A stretch of 63,933 nt of DNA, filler included, from Basidiobolus ranarum (GCA_040143965.1; 46 parts of 46 records of this genome joined end to end with filler, not necessarily neighbours in it); one strand, 5' to 3'; positions 12,571 to 24,804 are shown, numbered from the whole stretch's first letter. The notes: generated from the sequence alone by a model not told the origin. Made by a program: numbers and translations.

Positions 12571-13399
12571 ATACATTCTGGGAGTTCCCAATGGAGCACA
12601 CCTGCGGTGAAATGATGCCCATGTGAAATTGTCAGTATTACCATATGCTAATCACATTAACAATGTATTAGCAAAATCAGTAAAGAATTTAATGCAATGG
12701 GTTGATGAGACTTAACACTATATCAAACTTCCAATAACATCCTCTTTTCAATGTGCTCATTTGTTTTTGCATTGTTGGAGCACAATTACAGCAACAAAAT
12801 AAATCTATGGACATAGGGTAACTATCTATATAATTTGGACTATTCTGTTTGTGTGATAATTTGATGGTATTTCTAGGAAAGTTTCAACACAGACTTTGTA
12901 AATGGTAACACAAGTGAGCTATTGCCCAGTGTTAGTACTATTCAAGATTTCAGATGTTTAGCATTTTTTCCACCATTAGTTTGCTGGTAAAGCACATTGA
13001 TGTTGCTGAGTTATGTCTGATCAGTCAGGTAGAGGCATATAGAGAGATTAAAAACAACAAGATTTTTGCTTTTTTTGATTCATATTATGGCTGGAATACA
13101 AAGCCCAAAATATCTAAATGAAGACATGCTTAGTAATTTGAATTACTATAGCAGTAAACCCAGTAATTTACCATTTAAGAAATAGTTCTTTGTGAAAATG
13201 GTTAGAAATTACATAATGTATGTTTGACAAGATGATCAATATTTTACTGTTTATGATTACCTTCCTAATATCATCAAGAAGCCACCATCTCAACATCAAA
13301 CCCCTGACAGAATGCAAGCTACAACACTGTGATGTTCCACCAAAGGCTTGGCAATCCAGAAGGGTGGATCCAATCAAATCAATTTAATTTTTGTCAGGT
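12571..13399 (+). mobile_element. CCCTA-type transposon: transposase C-terminus and R end
   Basis: TFWEFPME.TCG at the start; ends AATTTAATTTTTGTCAGGT (degenerate TIR). Confidence 0.75.
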
Positions 13400-13489
13400 T
13401 AAAAGGCTTTGTGAAACCTTCCTATGAGGGTTGCAAGCACTACCAGAAAAAGCATCAAACATTCTGTGATTAATATAAAAGCACTGGTT

Positions 13490-13674
13490 CTCTGATAAAT
13501 ATAAGATTGATTTGATCCAGATTGGATCCACCTTTCTGAAGTATAAAACCATTGGAGGACCATCATATTAATGATGGCCTATATTCTGCCAGAGTTCTTG
13601 ATAGTGAGATGGTAGCTTCCTAATGATATTGAGAAGGTAATCATAGAAAGTTATTATGCCAGTAATCATACATG
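13490..13674 (-). mobile_element. Second, inverted, degenerate CCCTA R end
   Basis: CTCTGATAAATATAAGATTGATTTGATCCAGATTGGATCCACC is homologous to 28770 onward. Confidence 0.6.
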
Positions 13675-13866
13675 TGTTGAAATTAGGTAAATAGCAACTT
13701 GTTATTTAGTAGTTAGTTTATTCATATTCAGATCATTTAGCACTCAATTCTGTTGTTCAAAAACGTGTGTTTATTGCTCTAATTGATAGAAATATCAATT
13801 AGATCACTTTTACCAATTTTCACTATTTTCTCAAAACTTCTCCAAATCACCTCAAATTTTCACCCA
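13675..13866 (+). mobile_element. Copia LTR family C, 5' part
   Basis: TGTTGAAATTAGGTAAATAGCAAC, as at 6328. Confidence 0.85.
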
Positions 13867-13966
13867 NNNNNNNNNNNNNNNNNNNNNNNNNNNNNNNNNN
13901 NNNNNNNNNNTTAATTAATTAANNNNNNNNNNNNNNNNNNNNNNNNNNNNNNNNNNNNNNNNNNNN

Positions 13967-14359
13967 GCCATTGATCAGACCTCAGTCTGATCAAGGAATA
14001 CATGGGGCTTATATAGAGATTGCAAGGTGAAACATAATATACTGAATAGGGAATATATTGTGGTAAGTTTGAGAGTTGGGGTTTTGGGGACTACAAGAAC
14101 CAATACAAAGAGGGATGATGTAAGGATGATCAGGTGACCTTCCATAGAAGGTCTTAGTGGAAATACACTACATGTGGGATGACATGATTGGTTAGGTTTC
14201 ATGGAATGTTCCAAAGAACATGATTTCCATATCAGGTAAACTGGATGAACTGACACCAGATTGCCAAGAAAGGATGGCGCAGCAGATATGATGTCATAAT
14301 CTAATAATAGAGGAGTTCTATTTGTAGTGGATCAGTATGCCGAGATCAGAATCATGACA
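13967..14359 (-). mobile_element. LTR family A, partial
   Basis: Terminus ...CAGAATCATGACA at 14359. Confidence 0.8.
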
Positions 14360-14789
14360 ACTAGTGTATCCTCATTCAAGACTCTGCTGGCTGAGTTTAC
14401 AGTTGTTTTTGATTGGATATACCCTTTTTATCTGATCATTCTCAAAGGACGCTCAAGCCAGTATATTCTTTTGTCAGGTGTCAGCATATTATTCAACAGA
14501 AAGCTGGACATTGCATTATGGTTTATCAGTCCTTAGACATTGCTACAGGCTTGATTCCCTTTCACAAAGACCCAAGAGGCAAGAGACAGACCTATATTAC
14601 GGCACATCCCAGAGTTATTCAACCATGGTTATCGCACCCTTTGGACACCTCACAAAACCCTTAGGATATTGCAGTTATAGTTGCTGCTTACATCCTAAAA
14701 CAACTACACTGGATAGTGCCAATCATGCCAATTTGTGCTGGCACACCTTTTGGCTGGCCTGATCTGGCTCAATAAAATGGAACAAGTCT
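14360..14789. mobile_element. Probable PIF/Harbinger-superfamily element end
   Basis: Terminal ~85 bp (GTGCCAATCATGCC...ATGGAACAAGTCT) is shared with ~53000-53082, and its terminus matches the TIR of the MITE at 41530-41711. Confidence 0.5.
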
Positions 14790-14908
14790 AATAGTGGATT
14801 GCTATACTGCTCATAATTAGATCTTCTGTCCTTGCTAGTTTTTCTTCTTTTCTGCTAGCAGGCTGTTGCTTGGAAGCCAATTCTATACTAGATCAGAGAT
14901 ATTTATCA

Positions 14909-15097
14909 TGTTGAAATTAGGCAAAAAGCAACTCATTATTTAGTGTTAGTTTATTCATATTTGTATTATTTAGCACTCATTTCTGCCATTGAAAAATGTG
15001 TGTTTATTGCTCTAATTAATAGAAATACCAATTAGATCACTTTGAACAATTTTTACCATTTTCTCAAAACGTTTTGAAATCACCTCATATTTTCACC
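14909..15097 (+). mobile_element. Copia LTR family C, truncated
   Basis: TGTTGAAATTAGGC start; then fused to copia internal DNA homologous to ~62110-62270. Confidence 0.8.
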
Positions 15098-15361
15098 GGT
15101 GATTGGTCAGAAAATTATTGCCTTGTTTCTGAGCCCAATTTCCTGATGCATGATTGGCTGGAAAAATATCCTTTTTCTGATTACCATATTTTTCATTGGC
15201 AGAGATAATATGCTGATTTCCAGAAGCTGGTTCCAAATTATCAGTATCCTCAGAGTAATTANNNNNNNNNNNNNNNNNNNNNNNNNNNNNNNNNNNNNNN
15301 NNNNNTTAATTAATTAANNNNNNNNNNNNNNNNNNNNNNNNNNNNNNNNNNNNNNNNNNNN

Positions 15362-16547
15362 TATTAGCTTTAATAAAATATTCACCCATCTGAACCCATT
15401 AGATAACCATTCAAATTCCACAATCAAAGGCTCCAAGAAGCTATCTATAAGCACTGGTGATTTGGGTCCAGATATGATGGATAGTATCAAAATATTATGA
15501 CTCTAATACTGTTAAGAAGGAGGAAGATATAAGTTGACTAAAATTATTGGCCAGCAAGCCTTTCCAATGGTATATTTGCTTGGTGAGAAACCATCCAGTG
15601 CCAATGCAAATGCATGATCATATGTGTTCTTGAAGAAACCTTGACTTTTCAGATTCCGGTAGTGATATCCACCAAGTATGTTGGTAATACCATCAGCTTA
15701 ATGGTGAGTACTTCAGTATTGGATCAATGATCTATATTTGGGTGATTTTATCGAAACTTTCAGGCAGGGAATCAATGGTATGTAAGCCAAATATGAATGA
15801 TAATTACCTGATTCAGTGATTGCCAACTGTGTGCAAACAGTACATGACTTCAGGTTTTTCACATCACCGGTGAAAGCCAAACAACCATTTGGACATAAAG
15901 GCAGTTCAATTACTGAAGGATTTTAAGACATACAATTAGAAAGTGTTTTCCACTTGTACAAGGTCCGTGGCAAGCAACACTTGCCAATCAACTGTGGTAA
16001 AAGTGTAAGAAAACCAATAAACACCTGGTTGCTAAGATCGAATTGAACTCTCCACTCCTCAATAGTCAAAGCTGCTTCCTTTACTGTAAGTGTTATAAGT
16101 GGACTAATATTTGCTGATAACAAAGAGTCTGTAACAAAACTGTTGTCTTCTTCTTCAACTTCTGATATACTACTATTGGTACTGGAATAACCAAGGGCAA
16201 CATCTAACAGCAAGTCCTCAGAGTTGTCTGGACTTACTGGTTTGACCAAAGTTGCATATTGACCTACATCATTCTGGTCATATAACTGTGGCAACTCCAT
16301 GTATCTTGACTTTTGGAAAGTGTTACCAAAACTTTGAGGCAAACTAAAAGTCAGTGGACTCAATAGGCCAAACTAAAGTCAATTTAGTGCCCTTATCACT
16401 GTTGTTATACACCAGGCTTTGTGCAGCTGGTGGCTTTGTACAGTGACCATGCTTGGGATTATTTATTCTATGAGGCCTCTGGCTTTCATAGCGCAAGAAT
16501 TTGCAATAATAATAGCAGGGCTTCTTTAAACATTTGTGCTGTGGCAT
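15362..16547 (-). pseudogene. En/Spm transposase N-terminal half (Transposase_21/tnp2-like)
   Basis: Starts MPQHKCLKKPC; later ALDGFS...ACWPIILVNLYLPP; homologous to 19720-20300 and 54326 onward. Confidence 0.8.
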
Positions 16548-17099
16548 GGGAAGGATATTGTAGAAAAAAGAACACCTCCCATGTAAGGGGGGTATTTTAG
16601 GTATAGCCCATCAATATCATCAGCTGCTTCTGAGATGGTGGAAAAGCAGCTAAAGANNNNNNNNNNNNNNNNNNNNNNNNNNNNNNNNNNNNNNNNNNNN
16701 TTAATTAATTAANNNNNNNNNNNNNNNNNNNNNNNNNNNNNNNNNNNNNNNNNNNNAATTTGAAGAGAATCCATTGGCTGGTTCAAAAGTTAGCACTAAT
16801 TTTGTGAGCATCCTGAGATCCTGAATTCCTGTGTTCTGAATATATGCTAGTGTTGATTTTTGTGTTGGCAATTTTGAAATGATTGTAGCTCCACCAATGT
16901 TTGATCAAATCTTATGATTCTTGCATGGTTGCAAAGCTCTAATTCCGTAGTTTTGATTGCAACTTGAATTGCTGTAATCAGTTAGGTATTGATGTGACTA
17001 TGAGTGATTGAATATTCTTGTTCTTTTTCTTGAGCTGTAAAATATTTTAAGATAGCAATATATAATATTCTTCCTGCTTATTATGTGCAAGATATGATT

Positions 17100-17808
17100 G
17101 GAATATTTCCTACACTACAAGGTGATAAGGCATCAGGTTTTCCTTGCTGGCTACCTGGTCAATATGTAATCATAAAATCAAAACTGGCAAGAATTAGTGA
17201 CCATCTTGCTTGATGATGGTTGAGAACTTTGGTTGTACTAAAATACTGAATATTCTTGTGATCACAATAAACTGTGATTTTGTGATTTGATCCATCCAAG
17301 TATTGTCACCATGGTTCACACATAGCTATAATTGCTAATTATTCTTTGTCATATATGTCATAGTGGATTTTTGTGGTAGAGAACTTTCTTGAGTAAAAGG
17401 CAACAGGGTGCAGTAAATTGTTGTCATCAAACTGTGAGAGTACTGCACCTAGAGCAAAGTTGGATGCATCAGTTTCAACAATAAATGGCTTGTCTAGCTT
17501 GGGATGTGCCAGGATTGGTGCTGAGGTAAAAGCACACTTTAAAGTTACAAAGGCTTGTTGGCAAGATGGGTTCCAGTCAAATGGGAGTTCTTTTTTTGTA
17601 AGGTTTGTTAATGGAGCAGATATTTTGGAGTAGTCCTGACAAACCATTGGTAAACATTTGTGAATCCAAGGGAAGATTGGATGTCCTTCACATTCTTGGG
17701 AATATCCCAAGACAGAACAGATTCAACCTTCTCAGGGTCCATGGAGATGCCTGATGGCCTGATGTTATATCCAAGGAATTCAACTTGAGCTTGATCAAAT
17801 TCACATTT
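17100..17808 (-). pseudogene. Ty3/gypsy RT-RNase H fragment
   Basis: PFIVETDASNFALGAVLSQ...LHPVAFYSRKF...YDIYDKE. Confidence 0.92.
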
Positions 17809-18051
17809 CCCTAACAGAAATTTGAGGATTATTATTGTAGAAAAACCATCAAAATTTTAATCCATTTGGGATTGACTGTTTACTTACCATCATAAAATTG
17901 TCAAGTTAGATTTGATTTTAATCAATTTTTTCAGTTTCAAGAGTGAAATTTCAAGATCTTGCAAAATAGTTGCACATGATTGGCTACAATCTCAGAGAAC
18001 TATGGATCAACACATGTGCAAAAAACATAACTCAAATTTTACACAATTACC
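17809..18051 (+). mobile_element. CCCTA-type transposon L end inserted in gypsy RT
   Basis: CCCTAACAGAAATTTGAGG. Confidence 0.75.
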
Positions 18052-18151
18052 NNNNNNNNNNNNNNNNNNNNNNNNNNNNNNNNNNNNNNNNNNNNTTAAT
18101 TAATTAANNNNNNNNNNNNNNNNNNNNNNNNNNNNNNNNNNNNNNNNNNNN

Positions 18152-18223
18152 AGTTGAGGGATCTGTCTCTGAATTGTCGTGTTGTAGCGGAGTGATCACT
18201 GCCTTCTGATGGATGGCCGCCAT
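18152..18223 (-). CDS. Possible 5' end of an unknown gene (MAAIHQKAVITPLQHDNSETDPST...)
   Basis: ATG at 18223 stays open to the contig edge in a CpG-normal contig; only 24 codons. Confidence 0.25.
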
Positions 18224-19210
18224 AGTCTTTCTACATGAGGATGAATAGCTACCTTGTGCATAAACGGAAATAAATTACAATCCTCAGAGGTTTAGATACG
18301 GAGTGGAGGGCGTGTAAATAGCTGTGCGCAGATGTTGGGTGCTTGCAGTGCTCAAGAAAAGGGAACCATTGATGATCCGAAGCTAAACTTTAAACACAGC
18401 CAACTGGTTTCTGCAATCTGGTACTGATTTCGGGTGAAATCGCTCATGACACGTGATAACATTTGCAGCAATTCTGTGCAAACCATCCAATTTTGGGACG
18501 CTCGTTAACACGTACCACCTGGAGCCAGTATATCTTAAATCTTAGATAAACTGCAAATTCACGCACCGCACCCCCTTAACAGAAGTCCACCATATCAAGC
18601 GGTATTACTTTCATTATCGTGAGATTAAGATTCGGCCATCATCAGTCAATCTGAATCTGATGTAGTACTCAGATGCAGTGTATGGGGACATTAATAGAAA
18701 ATAACCTTTCTCTATACATGTGTACACGTCGAACAATTTGACACCAGTCGTCGGGAAATAGCTACAAGTATACCGAGTTGATCCGCCCCCTTTCTGTGAA
18801 ATCGATTAATTGATGAAGCTTACCACATTCAACCTCAGGAGCTACCTGAGTTTGGGTTCCTATTTGGCCACTTGAAACATGCTATTATCTTTACCAATAA
18901 TTCACCCATTATGCTAACCTCTAAATTATGCTAGATCAAGGATTTATACAATACATCAGCACAATACTAATATGCTAATTACCCTGATTTTGGCCTAGTT
19001 AGCAATTAAAACTATCGTAATTCCTGAAAAATCATTCATCTTACTAATAAAAAAGGTCTACTCAGTTCTGGTAGAGATCAAACTGTTCTTTTCTCTGTCA
19101 TTTTCATCTGTTTGTTATTTATTTCTTTAATTTCATTCATAGTTAAACCGCTTTTCCTTTATCCCTTCGAACTTTTCTCCCTTTCTTACTCATTTCTTTC
19201 TCCATTCTTC

Positions 19211-19325
19211 ATGTCAAGTGTCCTCAACCATTCCTACGCGTCTACTTCCTCACAAACGTCCAGTTCAAGCAAAGCTATAGTGAAAACTGAGGACAATAAT
19301 ACGACACAGAATTCAAACGACTTTG
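19211..19325 (+). CDS. First exon of a gene, possibly an HSF-domain transcription factor (Skn7/Prr1/Hsf-like)
   Basis: Pyrimidine-rich leader, then MSSVLNHSY...VKTED...QNSNDF+G|GTATGT donor. NSNDF(V) recalls the S.DFV.KL start of HSF DNA-binding domains. Confidence 0.4.
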
Positions 19326-19719
19326 GTATGTTTTCAGTTCACTGCAGTTCGACAGTTGTTCGAAGCCTGTCATTTATTTCCATTTAAACCTCGAAGCCAC
19401 TTGTTCTTGCATGTTTTAATGTCTGTCAGCGTTACATAATTACTTNNNNNNNNNNNNNNNNNNNNNNNNNNNNNNNNNNNNNNNNNNNNTTAATTAATTA
19501 ANNNNNNNNNNNNNNNNNNNNNNNNNNNNNNNNNNNNNNNNNNNNTGTTTAGAAACACTTATAATAAAACAAAATTGCCATCCATTACCAGATATATCTT
19601 GTAATTCCCCCAATGACTCATCTGTGACACTGTCTCAGAATCAGCTGATGATATTCATGGGCTATACCTAAAATTCCACACTTATATAGTTGGTGTTCTT
19701 TTGTGCACAATATCCTTCT

Positions 19720-20302
19720 CATGCCACAACACAATCCTGTAAAGAAGCCCTGCTTATATTGTAAAAAATTCTTGTCCGATGCAAGCCAGCGGCCTCATAG
19801 AAAAATAATCACAAGCATGGTCACTGAACCAAGCCACCTATTGCACAAAGGTTGCTGAAAGACAACAGTAATAAGTGCACAAAATTGCCTTTAGTTTTGC
19901 CCAATCAGTCCACTGACTGTACTTTGCATCAAAAAAGCTTTGGTAACACTGCCAAAAGTCAAGGCTCTCTGTGGTTACTACAGTTATATGAACAGAATGA
20001 TGTAGATAGAAATGCAACTTTGGTCCAACCAGTAAGTCCAGACAACTTTGAGGACATGCTGCTGGATGTTGACCTCAGTTATGCCCGTACCAAAGGTAGT
20101 ATTTCAGAAGTTGAACAAGAAGAGCATGGTTTGGTTAGAGACTCTGTGTTATCAGCAAGCACTAGTCCACTCATAACAATTACTCTAAAGGAAGTAGCTT
20201 TGATTATTGAGGAGTGGAAAGTTCAATCCAATCTTAGCAACCTGGTATTTATTGGTTTTCTTACACTTTTATCTTAGTTGATTGGCAACTGTTGCTTGCC
20301 AC
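19720..20302 (+). pseudogene. En/Spm transposase N-terminus
   Basis: Homologous to 15960-16547 (reverse); fused directly to gypsy RT. Confidence 0.75.
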
Positions 20303-20839
20303 AGACAATATTTTGGTATTCTCAAGCTCTCAAGAAGAACATAATATTCATGTTTCCCAAGTCCTAGAAACGTTGAAAACCTCTGGGCTCTATGCTAACT
20401 TGATAAAAGTGAGTTTCATCAAGCTCAAGTTGAATTCCTTGGATAAAACATCAGCCCATCGGGCATCGGCATGGACCCTAAGAAGGTTGAATCTGTTCTG
20501 TCATGGGATATTCCAAAGAATGTGAATGATGTCCAATCTTTTCTTGGATTTGCAAACTTTTACTGACAGTTTGTCAAGAACTACTCCAAAATATCTGCTC
20601 GTTAACAAATCTTACAAAGAATGAACTCCCCTTTGACTGGAACCCATCTTGCCAACAAGCATTTGGAACTTTAAAGGGTGCTTTCACCTCAGCACCAATC
20701 CTTGCACATCCCAAGCTAGACAAGCCACTTATTGTTGAAACTGATGCATCTGACTTTGCTCTAGGAGCAGTATTATCACAGTTTGATGATGACAACTTGC
20801 TACACCCTGTTGCCTTTTACTCAAGAAAGTTCTCTGCTG
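20303..20839 (+). pseudogene. Ty3/gypsy RT-RNase H fragment
   Basis: DNILVFSSSQEEH...ETDASDFALGAVLSQ. Confidence 0.9.
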
Positions 20840-20939
20840 NNNNNNNNNNNNNNNNNNNNNNNNNNNNNNNNNNNNNNNNNNNNTTAATTAATTAANNNNN
20901 NNNNNNNNNNNNNNNNNNNNNNNNNNNNNNNNNNNNNNN

Positions 20940-21390
20940 ATCTTTGGTCTCTAAAGTTGAGGCTGCAATGGTTGCTTCTGGTCCATACAAGCAAAAATGC
21001 AATTGGAATTGTATCTTTGTGGACTCAAAATCAAAATTCCTATTTCTCAATTCACACTTTCTATCCTCATGAGTCTTATTTTATGTTTCTTGCAGACTTC
21101 TGAAGGCATGAAGATATAGTATTCTCTCCAAAGCAGAGTCAAAAGTTGCTTCCACTTTTGTCTAATGCCCCCTTTCCCAGCTTCTGTCAAGTTTATCACT
21201 AACTCCCATATATCCAAGCAAGAATTCATAGTAGATACCTGGGCATCTGTAAAATCATTAGGCGCATGCTGCTTTGTGCCACACATACCTTCATTTTACT
21301 CTGCATGCAAAATTTTGGAAGTGGTGGTTTCCTGTACCAAAGTGGTTGTGAATCAGGAAAAGTCTGCTGTTACATGATACATAACTACCA
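20940..21390 (-). pseudogene. Divergent decayed ORF, probably the accessory protein of the Harbinger-type element
   Basis: CpG-free; 79-aa ORF remnant (21047-21286) oriented head-to-head with the transposase. Confidence 0.3.
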
Positions 21391-21728
21391 TATATATCTA
21401 TGATGTTAGACTTTACTTGTTTCAATTGGAATTAGGGATCTTTGTATATTATTGGTTAAAATGTCAAAGTTAATTTCCTACAGTGTGATCAAGCAAAATC
21501 ATTCTGCTTTGAGCCATTTCAATATGTATGCTAAATAAATTGATTTGGATTGAACTATGATTAACTTTGCTATGCAGTTTACTATATAATTTTAATGAAT
21601 TTACACTTAATTGAAACAATTAGGATAATACACAAACAGAAATTTTATTATACAGAATGTAGGGAATTTTACCATGATAATTGAAATTCTGGGATAAATA
21701 ACTTGCATGCACCAGATCAATCAGTATC

Positions 21729-22232
21729 ATGCCAGCTCAATACAAGATTAATATTATGCTCTCCATCTACTCTAAATGATCATTCCTCATTAATCCAAAA
21801 GCAACTACTGGCTTTCCTAAGACCACCCTAGAAGCTATATTTGAGAAATACTGTGGCTCATTTACTCCAATACCTACCAGAAAGCAGCTAGTCAATTTGT
21901 TTTGTAGCTACAAAAACTATTGTCCAATCAGATTTCAGTGCACTATTAATGGTAGCAAAAGTGGGGGAAGCTTCCATACCAGGTTTCAAGTAAGTGAGAA
22001 TTATCTAGCTTCAGTGATACATGATGATGAAGATGCCTGGGACAAAAGATTTAGAGACTCTAATTTCCTTCCATTTCCTGGAGTATTTCCTAATAGAGTT
22101 CATATCAGAAGTATTCTTGACACATTTCCTGTCAGAATTAACAGGCCCAAAAGCAACCAAAAGCTATTCAATTCTGGCAAGTACAAAGCCCACTCTGTAA
22201 AGTTCCAGGCTTTGACAGATTTGGAAGGAAAC
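21729..22232 (+). pseudogene. PIF/Harbinger (ISL2EU-like, DDE_Tnp_4) transposase, 5' part
   Basis: ILDTFPVRINRP...FNSGKYKAHSVKFQALTDLEG matches ID.T...I.RP...YSG.K..H..KFQ...D..G; one in-frame TGA after ATG 21729. Confidence 0.8.
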
Positions 22233-22332
22233 NNNNNNNNNNNNNNNNNNNNNNNNNNNNNNNNNNNNNNNNNNNNTTAATTAATTAANNNNNNNNNNNN
22301 NNNNNNNNNNNNNNNNNNNNNNNNNNNNNNNN

Positions 22333-23625
22333 CTTATTCTCATAAGAATATGTGTATCTTAATCCCAGATCAATTGTCCCCTTCAAATATCTGAAAATCC
22401 GCTTAACTGCTGCATAATGCTCAGATCCTGGGTTTTGCACATGGGAGTTGCTACTGGCTAACAATTCTCCATCCTGTAAACTCTGACAATATCTGAGAAG
22501 TATTTAAATGGATTCAGAGTAATAGATTTGCTCAATATATCTGTATGGATCTGCAGGCCTAAAAATTACATAAGTTCATCTAAATTTGTCATTTTGAATT
22601 GGACTGATAGTATTGGGAAAATATGGGCTGTTTGGAGGAACTTTAGAAAAGTGGAGTTATGAATAGTTTTTTGAGAGAATGATTTATTGTCCAGAAATGA
22701 AGCATTTATACATTTTGGTGGAAATACAGAAAACTAACATTGGGGCTGTGTTCAGAACATATGTGGGAGTAAAATGAGCTATCTTTGGGGCAATTTGGAC
22801 AAGTTTGAAAATTCCAATATGTATTTGCTAATTCTCACATTTTTCAGATATATATACATAGTATATGTTCCAATTTTCAGTTAAGTGATATTGGACTAAA
22901 TAATGCTAACTAACTTATATGTGATATATGAAATAGTTAGGTGTATAAAACAGAGATAACAAATATGATAAAGATAATAAACTTCAACAGATAAATCTCT
23001 TTTGGTGTTCCTGAGAGCGTTATCATTATTGGCTGCTATAATCAGATCATATACATATAAAGCAAGTATTGCCATCCTGTCCTTGTTTGTTTTAAAGTAG
23101 ATCCCAAAATACACCGTACACTTTTGGAAATCAAGTGATTCCAAGTATGTGTCTATCTTAGGGTACCTGGCCCTGAATAATTGTTTAAGTCCATAAAGTG
23201 ATTTTTGTAGCTTACACATGTCTTCAGGGTGCTCAGGATCCACAAAATTGTCTGGTTGATCCATGAATATATCCTCTTCCAAGTCCCCATTCAAAAAAGC
23301 AGTTTTAACATCCTTTTGATGGATTTTTAGGCTGTGTTTTGCTGCTACTGCTAGTACATTTCTGATGGAATTAAACTTTGCTACAGGAGCTAATGTTTCA
23401 TTGTAGTGCACTCTTTCCATTTAGAAATATTCTTTAGCCACAAGTCTGGCTTTATATCTTTCTACAGATCCATCAGCTTGCTGCTTAACTTTAAACACCC
23501 ATTTGCATCCAATTGATTTTTGGTCATCAGGTTAGTTAACCATAGTCAAGTTTAGTCATCTATGAGTGACTGATACTCCTCTGCCATTGCAGCACTCCAA
23601 AATTTCATCTTGGGACTCTTAATAG
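22333..23625 (-). pseudogene. Ty1/copia RT interrupted by a solo LTR
   Basis: RYKARLVAK, APVAKFNSIR, DVKTAFLNGDLEEDIFMDQP, LYGLKQ. Confidence 0.92.
22611..22989 (-). mobile_element. Solo LTR family E (379 bp), TGTTG...CAATA termini
   Basis: TSD GATAG/GATAA; an uninterrupted homologous target (GACTGATAGATCTC) is seen at ~25496-25509. Confidence 0.88.
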
Positions 23626-23725
23626 NNNNNNNNNNNNNNNNNNNNNNNNNNNNNNNNNNNNNNNNNNNNTTAATTAATTAANNNNNNNNNNNNNNNNNNN
23701 NNNNNNNNNNNNNNNNNNNNNNNNN

Positions 23726-23977
23726 CATTCAACTGGTAATTGTGTAAAATTTGAGATATGTTTTTTGCACATGTGTTGATCCATAGTTCTCTGAGATTTT
23801 AGCCACTCATTTGCAACTATTTTGCAAGATCTTGAAATTTCACTCCTGAAACTGAGAAAATTGATTAAAATCAAATCTAACTTGACAATTTTATGATGGT
23901 AAGTAAATGTTCAATCCCAAATGGATTAAAATTGTGATGGTTTTCCTACAACAACAATCCTCAAATTTCTGTTAGGG
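23726..23977 (-). mobile_element. CCCTA-type transposon L end
   Basis: ...CAAATTTCTGTTAGGG; inserted in LTR family B. Confidence 0.75.
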
Positions 23978-24792
23978 GAATGATCTCATAAAAAGGGTAT
24001 ATGCAATCAAAAACAACCGTAAACTCAGCCAGCAGGGTCTTGAACAAGGATGCACCAGTAGTGATTCATCCAAGGATATGAAAAGTTCCTTGCCTATGCA
24101 GACAAAGCTAGGAAAAAAAACATAAAGTATCAGAAATATAACACCTACCTGTCAGTACTTCCTTTGAGCCTGTCAAGTCCTTTCTAGTCACACTGTAGCC
24201 TGAAACTACCTCTAGTAGTCTCTCTTGAGCTTCCTCTTCAAAGGTCTTGTAAGCCGTGATGAAAATAAGGGGTGATCACAAGTAGTAATTGTTAGTTGAA
24301 AACCAGGATTATTTTTATTTTAGAAGATATGGCTCTTATTTATACTTCCCTGAAGGTAGATATGATTACTAGTGAGAATTTCCAGAGAGTTCCAGAGAAT
24401 TCTATTGGTGGGGATCTGTGGTAATGATATCATCATAAATCATAAGATTAGTAATCCATGGAATTATCCAGAAGGTTGTAGAATATTCCAGAAGGTAATG
24501 GAATGTTCCGGCAAAACCAAGTTTTGATTGGTCAAAACTCAATCAATCATCAAGTTTTCCAAGAATCTTGTGGATTGTTCTGGAAGATTGTAGAATTTTC
24601 CAGGCAATGATAGGGCTCATACTGATTAATCTGAAATCATAGGGGATAAAACTAATGGTGTGAAATGATTGGCTAGATAATATGGGTAAGTCAAATATGG
24701 ATAATAAAATAGAAATTGTGCAATAGTAATGATATGAGCTTGGAGGAGAAATAAGTCAACCTGCCAGTGGGTAGCAATGCTACCCCACGACA
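23978..24792 (-). mobile_element. 3' LTR family B of a gypsy element
   Basis: Starts TGTCGTGGGG at 24792, preceded on the minus strand by a polypurine tract (AGAG, G-run, TGGA; 24793-24804). Confidence 0.85.
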
Positions 24793-24804
24793 TCCACCCC
24801 CCTC

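Noticed and set aside
14762-14796. CACTA terminus (reverse complement reads CACTATTAGACTTG)
   Set aside because: The homologous copy at 53082 diverges right after GGAACAAGTCTA, so CACTA is flanking sequence by chance.
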